A stretch of DNA of 64,000 bases. Origin: Acidobacteriota bacterium (GTDB lineage: Bacteria > Acidobacteriota > Vicinamibacteria > Vicinamibacterales > UBA2999). The DNA is taken from NCBI GenBank assembly GCA_016192845.1, contig JACPTI010000030.1:1281-65280 (forward strand), given 5' to 3'. The notes beneath the pieces were generated by a model, which saw only the letters and a program-made list of their open reading frames with translations, did no database searches and was not told the origin of the DNA. Numbering within the stretch: the stretch's first letter is position 1; each line of letters starts with the position of its first letter. The translations under genes were made by a program, and so were the position numbers. This document shows, in pieces, positions 45,959-56,099 of this stretch.

Positions 45959-48445
45959 ATGAATGCGGAGACGCGAACCGCGACGCTGGTGAGCCGGGTC
46001 GAACGGAAAGAGGCGCCACGGGCCGAAAGGCTGACGCCCGAGCAGCTTTATCGCGCGTGCGATCCGACAACGCTGGGGTTCCGGACGACCGACGAGCTCC
46101 CCGACGGTGCCATCACGCTGGGACAGGACCGCGCGGTCTCGGCGGTTCAGTTCGGCATCGGCATCCGCGATCACGGCTACAACCTGTTCGCATTCGGACC
46201 GGCCCACATCGGCAAGCATGCGATTGTGCGGCAGTTCCTCGAGGAGCGGGCCGCGTCCGAGCCGGCGGCGCCGGACTGGTGCTACGTCCACAACTTCGAG
46301 GAGCCGCATCGCCCGCGGGCGCTCTCACTCCCCGCCGGCACGGGCGTGCGCTTCCGCGCGGACATGGCGCGGCTGGTCGACGAGCTGCGGATCGCCGTCG
46401 TGGCGGCGCTCAACACGGAAGAGTATCGCCTCCGGCACCAGCAGATCGACGAGGAATTCGCCGAGCGCCGCCGGGAGGCGCTCTCGGATCTCGGCAAGCG
46501 AGCGGAGGCGCGCGGAGTGGCGCTCATTCACACCCCGGTGGGCTTTGCGCTGGTCCCCACCCGCGACGGCCAGCCGCTCGGCCCGGAGGCGTTCGGGGGG
46601 CTCCCCGAATCGGAGCGCCACGCGCTGAAGGCGACGCTCACGGAGCTGGAAGCGGAGCTCGAGCGCCTGCTGCACCAGGTGCCGCAGTGGCAACGCGAGC
46701 GCCGGGAGAAGGATCGCGCGCTGAAGCAAGCGGTCACCCGCACGGCCGTCGAGGCGCTCATCGACGACCTTGCCGGCGCGTACGCCGGACAGCCGGACGT
46801 CCAGGCCTATCTGGCGGCCGTGAAGGCCGACGTCGTCGAGCACGCCGACGATTTCCGGGCGGCGCCGGACGAGAACGACCGGGGGCCGATCGAGGCGTTG
46901 ATGACACGCGCCGGCCTGCTCGGCGATCGCCTCAACCGCTATCAGGTGAACGTGCTCGTCGACCGCAGCGGCGCGCACGGCGCGCCGGTCGTCTACGAGG
47001 ACAAGCCGACGTTTCAGGGCCTGGTCGGACGGATCGAACACGTGGCGCAGATGGGCGCGCTCGTCACGCACTTCACGCTCATCAAGCCGGGCGCGCTGCA
47101 CCGGGCCAACGGCGGGTACCTGCTGCTGGACGCTCGCCGCCTGCTGCTCGAGCCCTTCGCGTGGGAAGGCCTGAAGCGTGCGCTCCGGGCGCGCACGCTG
47201 CGGGCGGAGTCGCTCGGCGAAGCGCTCAGCCTGATCAGCACCGTCTCGCTCGACCCGCAGCCGATTCCACTCGACGTCAAGGTGGTGCTCATCGGCGAGC
47301 CGGTCCTGTACTACCTGCTGCACGCACTCGATCCAGACTTCACGGACCTGTTCAAGGTCGCGGTCGACTTCGAGGCGACGGTCGATCGTGCCGAGCCGGG
47401 GTCGGGCAGCGTTCAGTACGCCGGCCTGATCGGCACGCTCGCCCGCCGGGCGGGTCTGCGCCCCGTCAGCGCCGCCGGCGTGGCGCGGCTGCTGGAGCAC
47501 GGCGCGCGCGTCGTGGGTCACGCCGACAAGCTGTGGCTCGGCCTCGACGGGCTGACCGATCTGCTGAAGGAAGCCAGCTACTGGGCGGGGACGGCCGGAG
47601 GCGAGATTGTCGAGGCGGCCGACGTCGAGCGGGCGATCGAGGCACGGCTGGCTCGCTCCAGCCGCCCGCGGGAACGGCTGCAGGAAGAAATCGCGCGCGG
47701 AACGATCGCGATCGCGACCGGCGGCGAGGTCGTCGGCCAGGTCAACGGGCTCTCCGTCGTCGAGCTGGGTGGCTTCACCTTCGGGCGGCCGAGCCGGATC
47801 ACCGCCCGCGTGCGCCTCGGCGGCGGCACCGTCGTCGACATCGAGCGCGAGGTGGAGCTCGGCGGGCCGATTCATTCCAAGGGCGTGCTGATCCTCTCCG
47901 GGTTTCTGGCCGGCCGGTACGTGCCCGACGAGCCGCTGTCGCTGGCCGCGAGCATCGTCTTCGAGCAGAGCTACGGCCTGGTCGAGGGCGACAGCGCCTC
48001 GTCTGCGGAGCTGTGCGCGCTGCTCTCGGCGCTGGCGGATCTGCCGGTGCGCCAGTCGATCGCCGTGACCGGGTCGGTCAACCAGCGCGGCGAGATCCAG
48101 GCGGTCGGCGGCATCAACGAAAAGATCGAGGGGTTCTTCGACGTGTGCGCCGCGCGAGGGCTGACCGGGGCCGAAGGCGTGCTGATTCCCGCCGCCAACA
48201 AGCGGCACCTCATGCTGCGGGCCGACGTGATCGCTGCGGTGCGGGCCGGCAGGTTTCACGTCTACGCCGTCGACACTGTCGACCAGGTGATGGAGGTCCT
48301 CACCGGCGTCGCTGCCGGCGAGCGCGACGTCACGGGCCGCTTCCCGAGCGGCACCGTCAACTGCCGCGTCGAGCAGCGCCTCGAAGCGCTCGCCCGGCAG
48401 GCGCGGTCGTTCCGGATGGGCGCAACCGATGCGAGCCGTGCATGA
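45959..48445 (+). CDS. Lon-like protease (LonC/COG1067 type) with atypical Walker A
   Basis: ATG 45959. P-loop-like FGPAHIGKH (46196-46219), a long helical insertion, and a C-terminal Lon protease domain ([34 protein letters not shown]). Confidence 0.8.
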   Translation: MNAETRTATLVSRVERKEAPRAERLTPEQLYRACDPTTLGFRTTDELPDGAITLGQDRAVSAVQFGIGIRDHGYNLFAFGPAHIGKHAIVRQFLEERAASEPAAPDWCYVHNFEEPHRPRALSLPAGTGVRFRADMARLVDELRIAVVAALNTEEYRLRHQQIDEEFAERRREALSDLGKRAEARGVALIHTPVGFALVPTRDGQPLGPEAFGGLPESERHALKATLTELEAELERLLHQVPQWQRERREKDRALKQAVTRTAVEALIDDLAGAYAGQPDVQAYLAAVKADVVEHADDFRAAPDENDRGPIEALMTRAGLLGDRLNRYQVNVLVDRSGAHGAPVVYEDKPTFQGLVGRIEHVAQMGALVTHFTLIKPGALHRANGGYLLLDARRLLLEPFAWEGLKRALRARTLRAESLGEALSLISTVSLDPQPIPLDVKVVLIGEPVLYYLLHALDPDFTDLFKVAVDFEATVDRAEPGSGSVQYAGLIGTLARRAGLRPVSAAGVARLLEHGARVVGHADKLWLGLDGLTDLLKEASYWAGTAGGEIVEAADVERAIEARLARSSRPRERLQEEIARGTIAIATGGEVVGQVNGLSVVELGGFTFGRPSRITARVRLGGGTVVDIEREVELGGPIHSKGVLILSGFLAGRYVPDEPLSLAASIVFEQSYGLVEGDSASSAELCALLSALADLPVRQSIAVTGSVNQRGEIQAVGGINEKIEGFFDVCAARGLTGAEGVLIPAANKRHLMLRADVIAAVRAGRFHVYAVDTVDQVMEVLTGVAAGERDVTGRFPSGTVNCRVEQRLEALARQARSFRMGATDASRA

Positions 48446-48455
48446 AGGGGCCGTG

Positions 48456-49865
48456 ATGTCGCGCAGCCTGGAAGAGAGCGTCAACTTCTACTTCGATCGC
48501 GCCGCCGCGCTGAGCGACCACCCGAGCGGCCTGCTCGACCAGATCCGCGCCTGCAACGGCGTACACGCGTTCCAGTTTCCCGTGCGCCACGGCGACGGCC
48601 GCATCGAGGTGGTGCATGCCTGGCGGGCCGAGCACAGCCACCACAAGCTGCCGACCAAGGGCGGCATCCGGTACAGCGCCGCGGTCGATGAGTCGGAAGT
48701 GCGGGCGCTTGCTGCGCTGATGACGTACAAGTGCGCGGTCGTCGACGTGCCGTTCGGGGGCGCGAAGGGAGCCGTGCAGGTGGATCCGCACCGGCGCAGC
48801 GCGGAGGAGCTGGAGCGCATCACGCGGCGCTACGTCCACGAGCTCTCGCAGCGAAACCTCATCGGCCCCGGCGTCGACGTCCCGGCGCCCGATGCCGGCA
48901 CGGGCGAGCGTGAGATGGCGTGGGTGGCCGACACGTACATGGCGTTGCACCCGGGGCAGCTCGACGCCCTGGCGTGCGTCACCGGCAAGCCGGTCACGCA
49001 GGGGGGCGTTCGAGGCCGTAAGGAGGCGACGGGGCAGGGCCTCGTGTACGCGCTCGTCGAGGTGTGCGCCCAGGCGGACGACATGCAGGCGCTCGGCCTC
49101 AGCGTGGGGCTCGATGGTAAGCGCGTGGTCGTGCAGGGCGTCGGCAACGTCGGCTACCACGCCGCGAGGTTCTGCCGCGAGCGCGGCGCGCGCATCATCG
49201 CGTTTGCCGTGCCCGAAGGCGCGATTGTCGATCCGCGCGGGCTCGACGAAGACGCGGTCGTGGAGCATCGGACGCGCACCGGATCGATCCTCGGCTTTCC
49301 CGGTGCAACTTCCATCCCCGGCAGTCGCGACGCGCTGGAGCTGGACTGCGACGTGCTCATCCCCGCGGCGCTCGAGAATCAGCTCACCGCCGAGAACGCG
49401 CCGGCCATCCGGGCCAAGATCGTGCTGGAGGGCGCCAACGGGCCCACGACGCCCGAAGCCGACGAAATTCTCCGCGCGAAGGGGACGCTCGTGATTCCGG
49501 ACATCTACGCCAATGCCGGCGGCGTGGTCGTCTCGTACTTCGAGTGGCTGAAAAATCTCTCGCACGTCCGCTTCGGGCGCCTGGAGCGGCGGCATCGCGC
49601 CGCCTCGGATCTGAAGCTGCTCCGCGCCGTGGAGCAGGCGACCGGGTACGCCTTCAGCGAGGCGGATCGCGCGGCGCTGGCCGACGCGCCCGACGAGCGC
49701 CGCATCGTCAACTCGGGGCTGGAAGAGACGATGATCGCCGCGTATCACCAGTTGCGCGACACACTCCGGGAGCGCCCCGCGCTCGGAGACCTGCGCACGG
49801 CGGCGTTCTACCTCGCCATCGAAAAGGTGGCGCACGCGTACCTGGAGCTGGGGATTTTTCCGTGA
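48456..49865 (+). CDS. Glu/Leu/Phe/Val dehydrogenase family, probable glutamate dehydrogenase
   Basis: [14 protein letters not shown] (catalytic Lys region), [11 protein letters not shown] and [10 protein letters not shown] Rossmann motifs. Confidence 0.85.
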   Translation: MSRSLEESVNFYFDRAAALSDHPSGLLDQIRACNGVHAFQFPVRHGDGRIEVVHAWRAEHSHHKLPTKGGIRYSAAVDESEVRALAALMTYKCAVVDVPFGGAKGAVQVDPHRRSAEELERITRRYVHELSQRNLIGPGVDVPAPDAGTGEREMAWVADTYMALHPGQLDALACVTGKPVTQGGVRGRKEATGQGLVYALVEVCAQADDMQALGLSVGLDGKRVVVQGVGNVGYHAARFCRERGARIIAFAVPEGAIVDPRGLDEDAVVEHRTRTGSILGFPGATSIPGSRDALELDCDVLIPAALENQLTAENAPAIRAKIVLEGANGPTTPEADEILRAKGTLVIPDIYANAGGVVVSYFEWLKNLSHVRFGRLERRHRAASDLKLLRAVEQATGYAFSEADRAALADAPDERRIVNSGLEETMIAAYHQLRDTLRERPALGDLRTAAFYLAIEKVAHAYLELGIFP

Positions 49866-49906
49866 GCGTTGACCTCGTGTCGCTGACGGCGCTGGCGGAA
49901 TGACCG

Positions 49907-50710
49907 TTACGGCAGCAACGTTCGCAGTTGCGCCGCCGCGCGGGTGAACTGCTCGGCGATCGAGGCGGGGGGGCAGCGCAGCTCCAGCATGATCCATCCG
50001 TCGAACCGGGCCTCCTGCAGATCGCGTCCGATGGCGTGCCAGTCGAGGACGCCTTCACCAGGAGGGAGATGGTCGTCGAAACGGCCGTGATTGTCGTTGG
50101 CGTGGATGTGCCTCAACCGGCCGTTTGAGATGTCGAGGAAGCGTCGCCACTGACCTCCGAGTGTGGTGTGGCCGGTGTCGAGGCACACGGCGACGGCGGC
50201 GGGCAGTCTTTCGAGAATCCAGCCGAACTCCTCGGGGCGGCCGCCGATCAGGTGTGGCAGCGGGCTCTCGACGGTCAGGACGAGATCCATATGATCGCAG
50301 GCGCGCGCGAGCACCTGCAGCGATTCTTGAATCAGCCGAAGGCGGAGCGCCACGTTCTGGCCGTCGCGGGGCACGTCGCTCGTATGCACCACCACGTGGC
50401 GTCCGCCGAGATCCTTGAGCGCCGCCGCCGCCGTGAGGATGGCGCCGATCGCCGCATGTCGGTGATGAGGGTTGGGATCGGAGAGGTCCAGCAGTCCGCC
50501 AAAGGGCGCGTGAATCGAGATCGGACGGATCGCGTGACGGTCGAGGCGGTCGCGCAGCGCCCGCACTTCGTCCTCACGCCACGGATCGAAATGCCCCGGC
50601 GGTGTGCCGACCTCGACCGCATCGATGCCGGCGCCATGAATGGCATCGAGCACCTCGAGCACCGGGCGATCCGCGCAGCAGCCGGTCGACGCCCCAATCT
50701 GCCAGCCCAT
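49907..50710 (-). CDS. sugar phosphate isomerase/epimerase (xylose-isomerase-like TIM barrel)
   Basis: AVEV..., ISIHAPF, VVVH, LTVES, CLDTGH, HIHANDN and ...LEL pattern of the AP endonuclease 2/TIM family. Confidence 0.75.
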   Translation of the reverse strand: MGWQIGASTGCCADRPVLEVLDAIHGAGIDAVEVGTPPGHFDPWREDEVRALRDRLDRHAIRPISIHAPFGGLLDLSDPNPHHRHAAIGAILTAAAALKDLGGRHVVVHTSDVPRDGQNVALRLRLIQESLQVLARACDHMDLVLTVESPLPHLIGGRPEEFGWILERLPAAVAVCLDTGHTTLGGQWRRFLDISNGRLRHIHANDNHGRFDDHLPPGEGVLDWHAIGRDLQEARFDGWIMLELRCPPASIAEQFTRAAAQLRTLLP

Positions 50711-50711
50711 A

Positions 50712-52148
50712 TCACGCCCAGCGCGCCAGCAGCCGATCCCGGTTGACGCGGAGATCGCGCGGGCACCCGGTCAGCGGACACAGCCGCTTTTCCTGGGCGG
50801 ACCGGCAGTTGAAGTCGACGCCCCGATCGAGGCCGGTGGCGACCATGCCCGCGAACACGCGGACGTCGAACTCCGCCCGGGCCCGGGGCGACAGGCGCAT
50901 CCACCGATCACCCCACCCGAAGTCCTTCCCGTAGCGCGACCACACGAGACCGGCGATGTGGCGCGGCGCCCACCCGTCGCTCATCAGGTGGCGGGTGACG
51001 TGCTGCAGGTGCTCAGGCCTCAACAGCAGGTCGTGGGGCGCCGCCAGCGGCGCGGCGACGCACGGCGGAAGGGCCGGCAGGTCGAGCCGATCGTAGGTGG
51101 ACGCCCACGCGGCCGGTCCGTGCGGCTCGATCGCATGGAAGTCGCGATGGAAACGAGCCAGCGATGACGGCTCGTAATCGGCGGCGAGCGCGGTGAGCCC
51201 CTCCGTGACGTCTGGAATCCTTGCGTCGCTCGATTCGGCCAGTAATCCGGCGCCGGCGGGGGAGCGGTACCCGTGCAGCATCTCGTCAAGTGTACGGCTG
51301 CCGCGCGGCACCGCGACGAGCGGTTCGAGCGCGGCCACGTCCGGGCCATAGAGATCCGGCCGGAACCGGTGCAGCTGGTACCCGCCGAACGTCACGCGCA
51401 CGTGCCGCACGTCCAGCGGGTCGCCCGCAAATGACAGATCGAGGGAGACGGCCTCACGTCCCTCGCCTCCGGCCCCGACGTTCGTCCCATTGAGGACCAG
51501 GGGAATGGGGCTGGCGCCGGCGGCGCGTCGCATCACCTGATGGGCCAGATGTTCCAGGAGCAGGCCGGTGCCGACGTACGCCCGCGCCTGGAGGGAGCTC
51601 ATCCGATCGTCGATCCATCGCGGCAGTCGCCGATCGCGCATCGCGTGCCAGTCGGGTACACCGGGCGCCAGCGCGGCGACATGATGCACGATCGCTGACT
51701 CCAGCGGCACCCGGCCGATGAACTGGTACCCGCGTCCGGTCATCACGGGCAGCAGGCTCAGGCCGTGCTGCACGAGCAGCCCGCACACCGCCTGATAGGT
51801 CGGCTCCAGCTTGCGAAAGACCTCTGCGGGTCGGGCGAAGGGGTGCCCGAGGCGGTCGGCGTTGAGACAGTCCACGTCGAAGCAGACGAGCAGGCTGTCA
51901 CGATCCCACAGCGAACGGAAGATGTCGGCGCCACGGTCGAGGAGCTCGTCGAGGTCGCGCGTTGGAAACCGGGGATGCAGCGTCCACCGGTTCGGGATCG
52001 GCGCGCCGGGAAGCGCCGCGCTGAGAAACACGCTCGTTGCGGAGTGCCCGCTGTCGAACCCGCAATACTCGCGAATCCGCGCGCGCACGGCCGGCCGGCC
52101 GTAGTACTCCGCCAGCGCCGGACGGCTGAGCACCTGCGTCGCAGGCAT
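50712..52148 (-). CDS. hypothetical protein with archaeo-eukaryotic-primase-like motif set
   Basis: 478 aa. LLVCFDVDCL (DxD, nt 51870-51878), MTGRGYQF (51723-51737) and SLDLSFAGDPLDVRHVRV...H. C-terminal Cys cluster NCRSAQEKRLCPLTGC. Tightly coupled to the flanking genes. Confidence 0.6.
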   Translation of the reverse strand: MPATQVLSRPALAEYYGRPAVRARIREYCGFDSGHSATSVFLSAALPGAPIPNRWTLHPRFPTRDLDELLDRGADIFRSLWDRDSLLVCFDVDCLNADRLGHPFARPAEVFRKLEPTYQAVCGLLVQHGLSLLPVMTGRGYQFIGRVPLESAIVHHVAALAPGVPDWHAMRDRRLPRWIDDRMSSLQARAYVGTGLLLEHLAHQVMRRAAGASPIPLVLNGTNVGAGGEGREAVSLDLSFAGDPLDVRHVRVTFGGYQLHRFRPDLYGPDVAALEPLVAVPRGSRTLDEMLHGYRSPAGAGLLAESSDARIPDVTEGLTALAADYEPSSLARFHRDFHAIEPHGPAAWASTYDRLDLPALPPCVAAPLAAPHDLLLRPEHLQHVTRHLMSDGWAPRHIAGLVWSRYGKDFGWGDRWMRLSPRARAEFDVRVFAGMVATGLDRGVDFNCRSAQEKRLCPLTGCPRDLRVNRDRLLARWA

Positions 52149-52154
52149 CGCGCC

Positions 52155-52586
52155 TCAGGCAACCGAGACGACCCGGATGGCGGGTTCGACGTGCAGGTGC
52201 GCGCCGAGCAGGCGGAGGGTCGGCGACCGCTCGATCGCCTGCGGCCAGAGCCGCTCGATCCGCCGGCGGTCCGCGTCGGACTCCACCACCACACAGGGCG
52301 CCAGCGCGATCTCCGGCGGCGCGCCGGCCGTCTCGCGCAGGCGGGCCGACGACACGTATCCCTGCACCGCGATGCCGGCTTCACCGGCCAGCGTCAACAG
52401 CGTGGTCATCAGGCAACTCGACGCGGCGAGCGCCAGCAGGTGCTGCGGCGAAAGACTCGCCGCGGGGCCAATGCGAAGGGGCTCGCCCTGTTCGGTCACG
52501 GCAGTGGCGTTCAAGCCTTCGTCCCACACCAGTTCCAGGCTGCAGTGGCACTCCTCGCGGGGATCATGACACTCACACGGCGACAT
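52155..52586 (-). CDS. OsmC-like protein with Cys-rich N-terminus
   Basis: SPQHLLALAASSCLMTTLL is the OsmC-type Cys helix. The N-terminus is MSPCECHDPREECHC. The start is uncertain (alternatives ATG 52655 and TTG 52709). Confidence 0.5.
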   Translation of the reverse strand: MSPCECHDPREECHCSLELVWDEGLNATAVTEQGEPLRIGPAASLSPQHLLALAASSCLMTTLLTLAGEAGIAVQGYVSSARLRETAGAPPEIALAPCVVVESDADRRRIERLWPQAIERSPTLRLLGAHLHVEPAIRVVSVA

Positions 52587-52729
52587 ATTGAAAGCCGCGA
52601 CGCAATTCCTTTGCCTGACGCCGGAGACGGGGACCAGCAGCCGGCGCTCGCGCATGAACGGGCGCGGTGGGGAGCTTTCAGCGGCGGCTGGGAAAAAATG
52701 GTCTGACAACGGGCACGCCTGCTGCTTGT

Positions 52730-53020
52730 CTCGCGACCGTGTTCGCCAGCGGACAGCTCGTCGGCCTGCCGGTGCCCAGCACCCTCGTCTTTGCCATCGG
52801 GGTCATCGTGGTCAACGTGCCGGAGGGACTGTTGCCGACCGTCACGCTCGCGATGGCGATGGCCGCCCGTCGCATGGCGCGGCGGCGCACGCTGGTGCGC
52901 CATCTTCCCAGCGTCGAGACGCTTGGGTCGGCTACGGTGATCTGCACGGACAAGACCGGCACGCTGACGGAGAACCGGATGGAGGTGCGGTCGATCTACG
53001 TGGCGGGGCGTCGCGTGGAT
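52730..53020 (+). pseudogene. P-type ATPase internal fragment (M4 PEGL helix + DKTGT phosphorylation site)
   Basis: [66 protein letters not shown], about 95 codons with no flanking ATPase sequence. Confidence 0.75.
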
Positions 53021-53148
53021 CCGGGTCACGCTCGCCGCAAAATTTGCGCAGCACTGAGTGGCCGTACCCGACATGTGTCGCCCGTGCGCCGCCACGGGCT
53101 GGCACTGCCGTTGCCTTCGTTCCCGGCAGGCGCATGCCACGGGCGGCG

Positions 53149-54814
53149 ATGCACGGCGTCTTCCGCATGGGACACATGCGGCGATACAGCGATATCGTCG
53201 GCGTGCTCGTGAAGTACGGGTTCGTCGACATCGTACAGGCGCTGCACCTGACGCCGTACCTCGCCGCCGGCCGGCGGCTCCGCACCGCGTTCGGTCGCCA
53301 GATTGCCCCGGACCCGAGCCGCGGCGAGCGGCTCCGGCTGGCGCTCGAGACGCTTGGGCCGACCTTCATCAAGTTCGGCCAGGCGCTGAGTCTACGGGCC
53401 AGCCGACGTCGTGGCCGAGCTTGCGCGGCTGCAGGACGCGGTCCCGCCGCTCGACCCCGGCGTGGCCGTGCGCACGATCGAGCAGGCCCTGGGCCGGCCC
53501 CTCGGCGAGCTGTTCGCCGAGTTCGATCCGGAACCGCTCGCGGCGGCCTCGATCGCGCAGGTGCACCGGGCAACGCTGCATTCGGGCAAGGTCGTCGCCG
53601 TCAAGGTTCGGCGCCCCGGTATCGACGCGACGATCGAGGCGGACCTGGCGATTCTGGCCGATCTGGCCGCGCTGGCCGAACGCCACGTCCCGAACGGGGA
53701 CTTGTACAGCCTCAGCGGTCTGGTCGACGAGTTCGCCAGGACGATTCGGCGCGAGCAGGACCTCGCGCGGGAAGGCCGGATCATCGAACGGGTGGCCTCG
53801 CAGTTTGCGGGCGATCCCACGGTCCGCTTTCCGGCGATCCACTGGCCGCTCACGACGCCGGCCGTGCTGACGATGGAGTTCCTGAAGGGCGTGAAGGTGA
53901 CCGACGTCGGCACGGCTGCGGCGCCGGATCTGGATCCCCGGCTCGTGGCGCGTCGTGGTGCGGACGTGGTACTGAAACAGATCCTCGTCCACGGTCTCTT
54001 TCACGCCGATCCGCATCCGGGCAACATCCTGGTCCTGCCGGGCAACGTTGTCGCGCTCGTCGATTTCGGGATCGTCGGACGAGTCAATCGGCAGATGCGC
54101 GAGCGGCTCGGGGAGACCATTCTGGCGGTCCGGCAGCACGACGCGGACCGGCTCGCCGAGATCGTCGCGGCGGTGGCCACGCCGCTTCGGCCTGTCGACA
54201 TGGCAGAGCTGGCGCGGGACATCGAGGAGATGCTCGACGTGTTCGGCGATCTCTCGGTCGGAGATCTCTCGCTCGGCCAGTTGTTCGCTTCGATTACCGG
54301 TGCGATGTCACGCCACCGGCTGAAGCTGCCGGCCGACCTGCTGCTGCTCCTCAAGTCGGTCACCACCATCGAGAGCGTGGGCTGCCAGCTCGACTCGTCG
54401 TTCAAGATCGTCGGACACGCGGCGCCGTTCGTCGAGGCGCTCCTCGAGCAGAAGTACACGCCGAGCGCGCTCGCGCTGCGCACCGCCGACGCCGGCCGCG
54501 AGATGTTGAGCGCGTTCCGTAGCCTTCCCGGGAATCTGGCGGAGATCGCGCGGAAGGCGCGGGCCGACGGCCTGCAGATTCAGTTCGTGCACCGCAATCT
54601 CGACTACTTCATCCGCGAGATGGACCGGTCGAGCAACCGCCTCAGCTTCGCCATCGTCATCGCGGCGATCGTGGTCGCGTCGTCGATCATGGTGCACGCC
54701 GCGGCCGGTCCGCAGCCGTTCGGCTATCCGCTGCTGGGGCTCGTGGGCTTTGTTGCGGCCGCCGTCCTGGGGATCGGCCTGGCGGTAGGCATCCTGCGGT
54801 CGGGCCGCCTGTGA
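53149..54814 (+). pseudogene. ABC1/UbiB-family kinase, apparent +/-1 frameshift near 53398-53405
   Basis: The N-terminal part (...[18 protein letters not shown]) is in frame 1. The continuation ([17 protein letters not shown]...IAQVHRA...VAVKVRRPG...HADPHPGNI...DFG) is in frame 2. The C-terminus has TM helices. Confidence 0.7.
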
Positions 54815-55058
54815 ACGGACGGCCCCATGCGCTCACCGGGCCTCCTTGTTTCGACAAGAAGTGACGCGCGGATTCCTTCACGCTCGGCGTGCGGCAAAAC
54901 TCGCGTCCGCCACGGCGAATCCCGCGCCTTCGCGAACCGTACCTCTCAGAGGGTCAGCGCCGGGGGCGACGTGCCGGGGGCATCCGCGTTGCAACACTTT
55001 TCAGCCGAACGCATTTGGAGGCAAATGCGGAATTTCCCACAGAACAAGAGGGGGAAAT

Positions 55059-55688
55059 ATGGCTCGTTACATCGCGGTCCTGACGACGGCTGTCTTGCTC
55101 CTCGGCCCGGCCACGGCCGTTGCGCAAGAGCAGGCCGGTGCCGGCCGATTCGAAGTGAACGCGGCGCCCGCCGGAGGGATGTTCTTCACCAAGGGGGAGA
55201 ACGATTCCGAAACGGACTTCGGCAACTACGCGTTGGGCGCCTCGGCCACCTACAACATCAATCACCTGTTCGCGCTCGAGGGCGAGATCGGCAGCGGAAT
55301 CGGGGTCAGGCAGGAGCTGAACATCAGCGGTAACGCGTTCAGCAACACGAAGAGCCCGAATACGCTGGCCTACAACGGCAACCTGGTCTACACGCCGGGG
55401 GGCAACGATCGGTCTGTCGTGCCGTACCTCACTGGCGGCATGGGTGGATTGACGCTGTTCGAGCGTGAGGAGCTTGCGTCGCTCGGTCTCGCGAAGAACG
55501 AGACGTTCTTCACGGCGAACATGGGGGCGGGCGCCAAGTGGTTTTCGAGCCGCTACTGGGGCCTGCGCGGCGACTACCGGTTGTTCTGGGTGAACGGCAA
55601 GGACGACGCGCCAACGTTCTTCGGGCTCACCGGTGACCGATACGGCCACCGCTTCTACGGCAGCATTCTGTTCACGTTCGGACGGTAG
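55059..55688 (+). CDS. small outer-membrane beta-barrel protein
   Basis: ATG 55059. Signal peptide MARYIAVLTTAVLLLGPATAVAQ. C-terminal ...SILFTFGR. Confidence 0.75.
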   Translation: MARYIAVLTTAVLLLGPATAVAQEQAGAGRFEVNAAPAGGMFFTKGENDSETDFGNYALGASATYNINHLFALEGEIGSGIGVRQELNISGNAFSNTKSPNTLAYNGNLVYTPGGNDRSVVPYLTGGMGGLTLFEREELASLGLAKNETFFTANMGAGAKWFSSRYWGLRGDYRLFWVNGKDDAPTFFGLTGDRYGHRFYGSILFTFGR

Positions 55689-55717
55689 CTGCCGGCTCGG
55701 AAGTCGATGACCGGGCA

Positions 55718-55752
55718 GTGACGACGCAGAGCGATTGATCGCTGCGTGTCAC
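55718..55752 (+). terminator. bulged GC-rich hairpin downstream of the OMP gene
   Basis: GTGAC-g-ACGCAG-ag-CGAT tg ATCG-CTGCGT-GTCAC, followed by TTTCC. Confidence 0.4.
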
Positions 55753-55774
55753 TTTCCGGTTCGTCGTGTTGCCT

Positions 55775-55870
55775 CCTAGCGCGGATTGCGGTCGAACGTG
55801 GCGCGAACCCTTCGGGTTCGCGTGGCGAGCCTGGCAAGGCTCGCCCCACCATCCTGCAATCCGCGCTAGG
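55775..55870 (+). ncRNA. candidate structured RNA: 96-nt three-way junction (strand not resolved)
   Basis: P1 is a perfect 15 bp (55775-89 with 55856-70). P2 is 55802-55822 (8 bp, loop CUUCG). P3 is 55824-55845 (8 bp, loop UGGCAA). The joining strands are short. The element lies in a 411-nt intergenic region. Confidence 0.45.
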
Positions 55871-56078
55871 TTGCCGCGCCCAGTCAACTTCACGTTTGCC
55901 CGTGTATCCGACATTTGACGTATCGCGTTCGCGCATCAGCGCGCGCCACGGCCCACGCCACCGGGAACGATCACGCGCGCTCGCGGGAACTTCCGCGTCA
56001 CGGGCCCGCTGGCTGCGAGGTCCGCCTCGGCCTCTCGCGTCGGATGCGCAGGCGGCCGCTGGTGACCGCTTTGCACTA

Positions 56079-56099
56079 AACAACCAACAGGGGGTTGTT
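56079..56099 (+). promoter_or_regulatory. hairpin abutting the CBS gene start codon (possible translational control)
   Basis: AACAACC (56079-85) pairs with GGTTGTT (56093-99). The loop AACAGGG and the 3' arm contain the only SD-like purine run. The ATG is at 56100. Confidence 0.35.
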
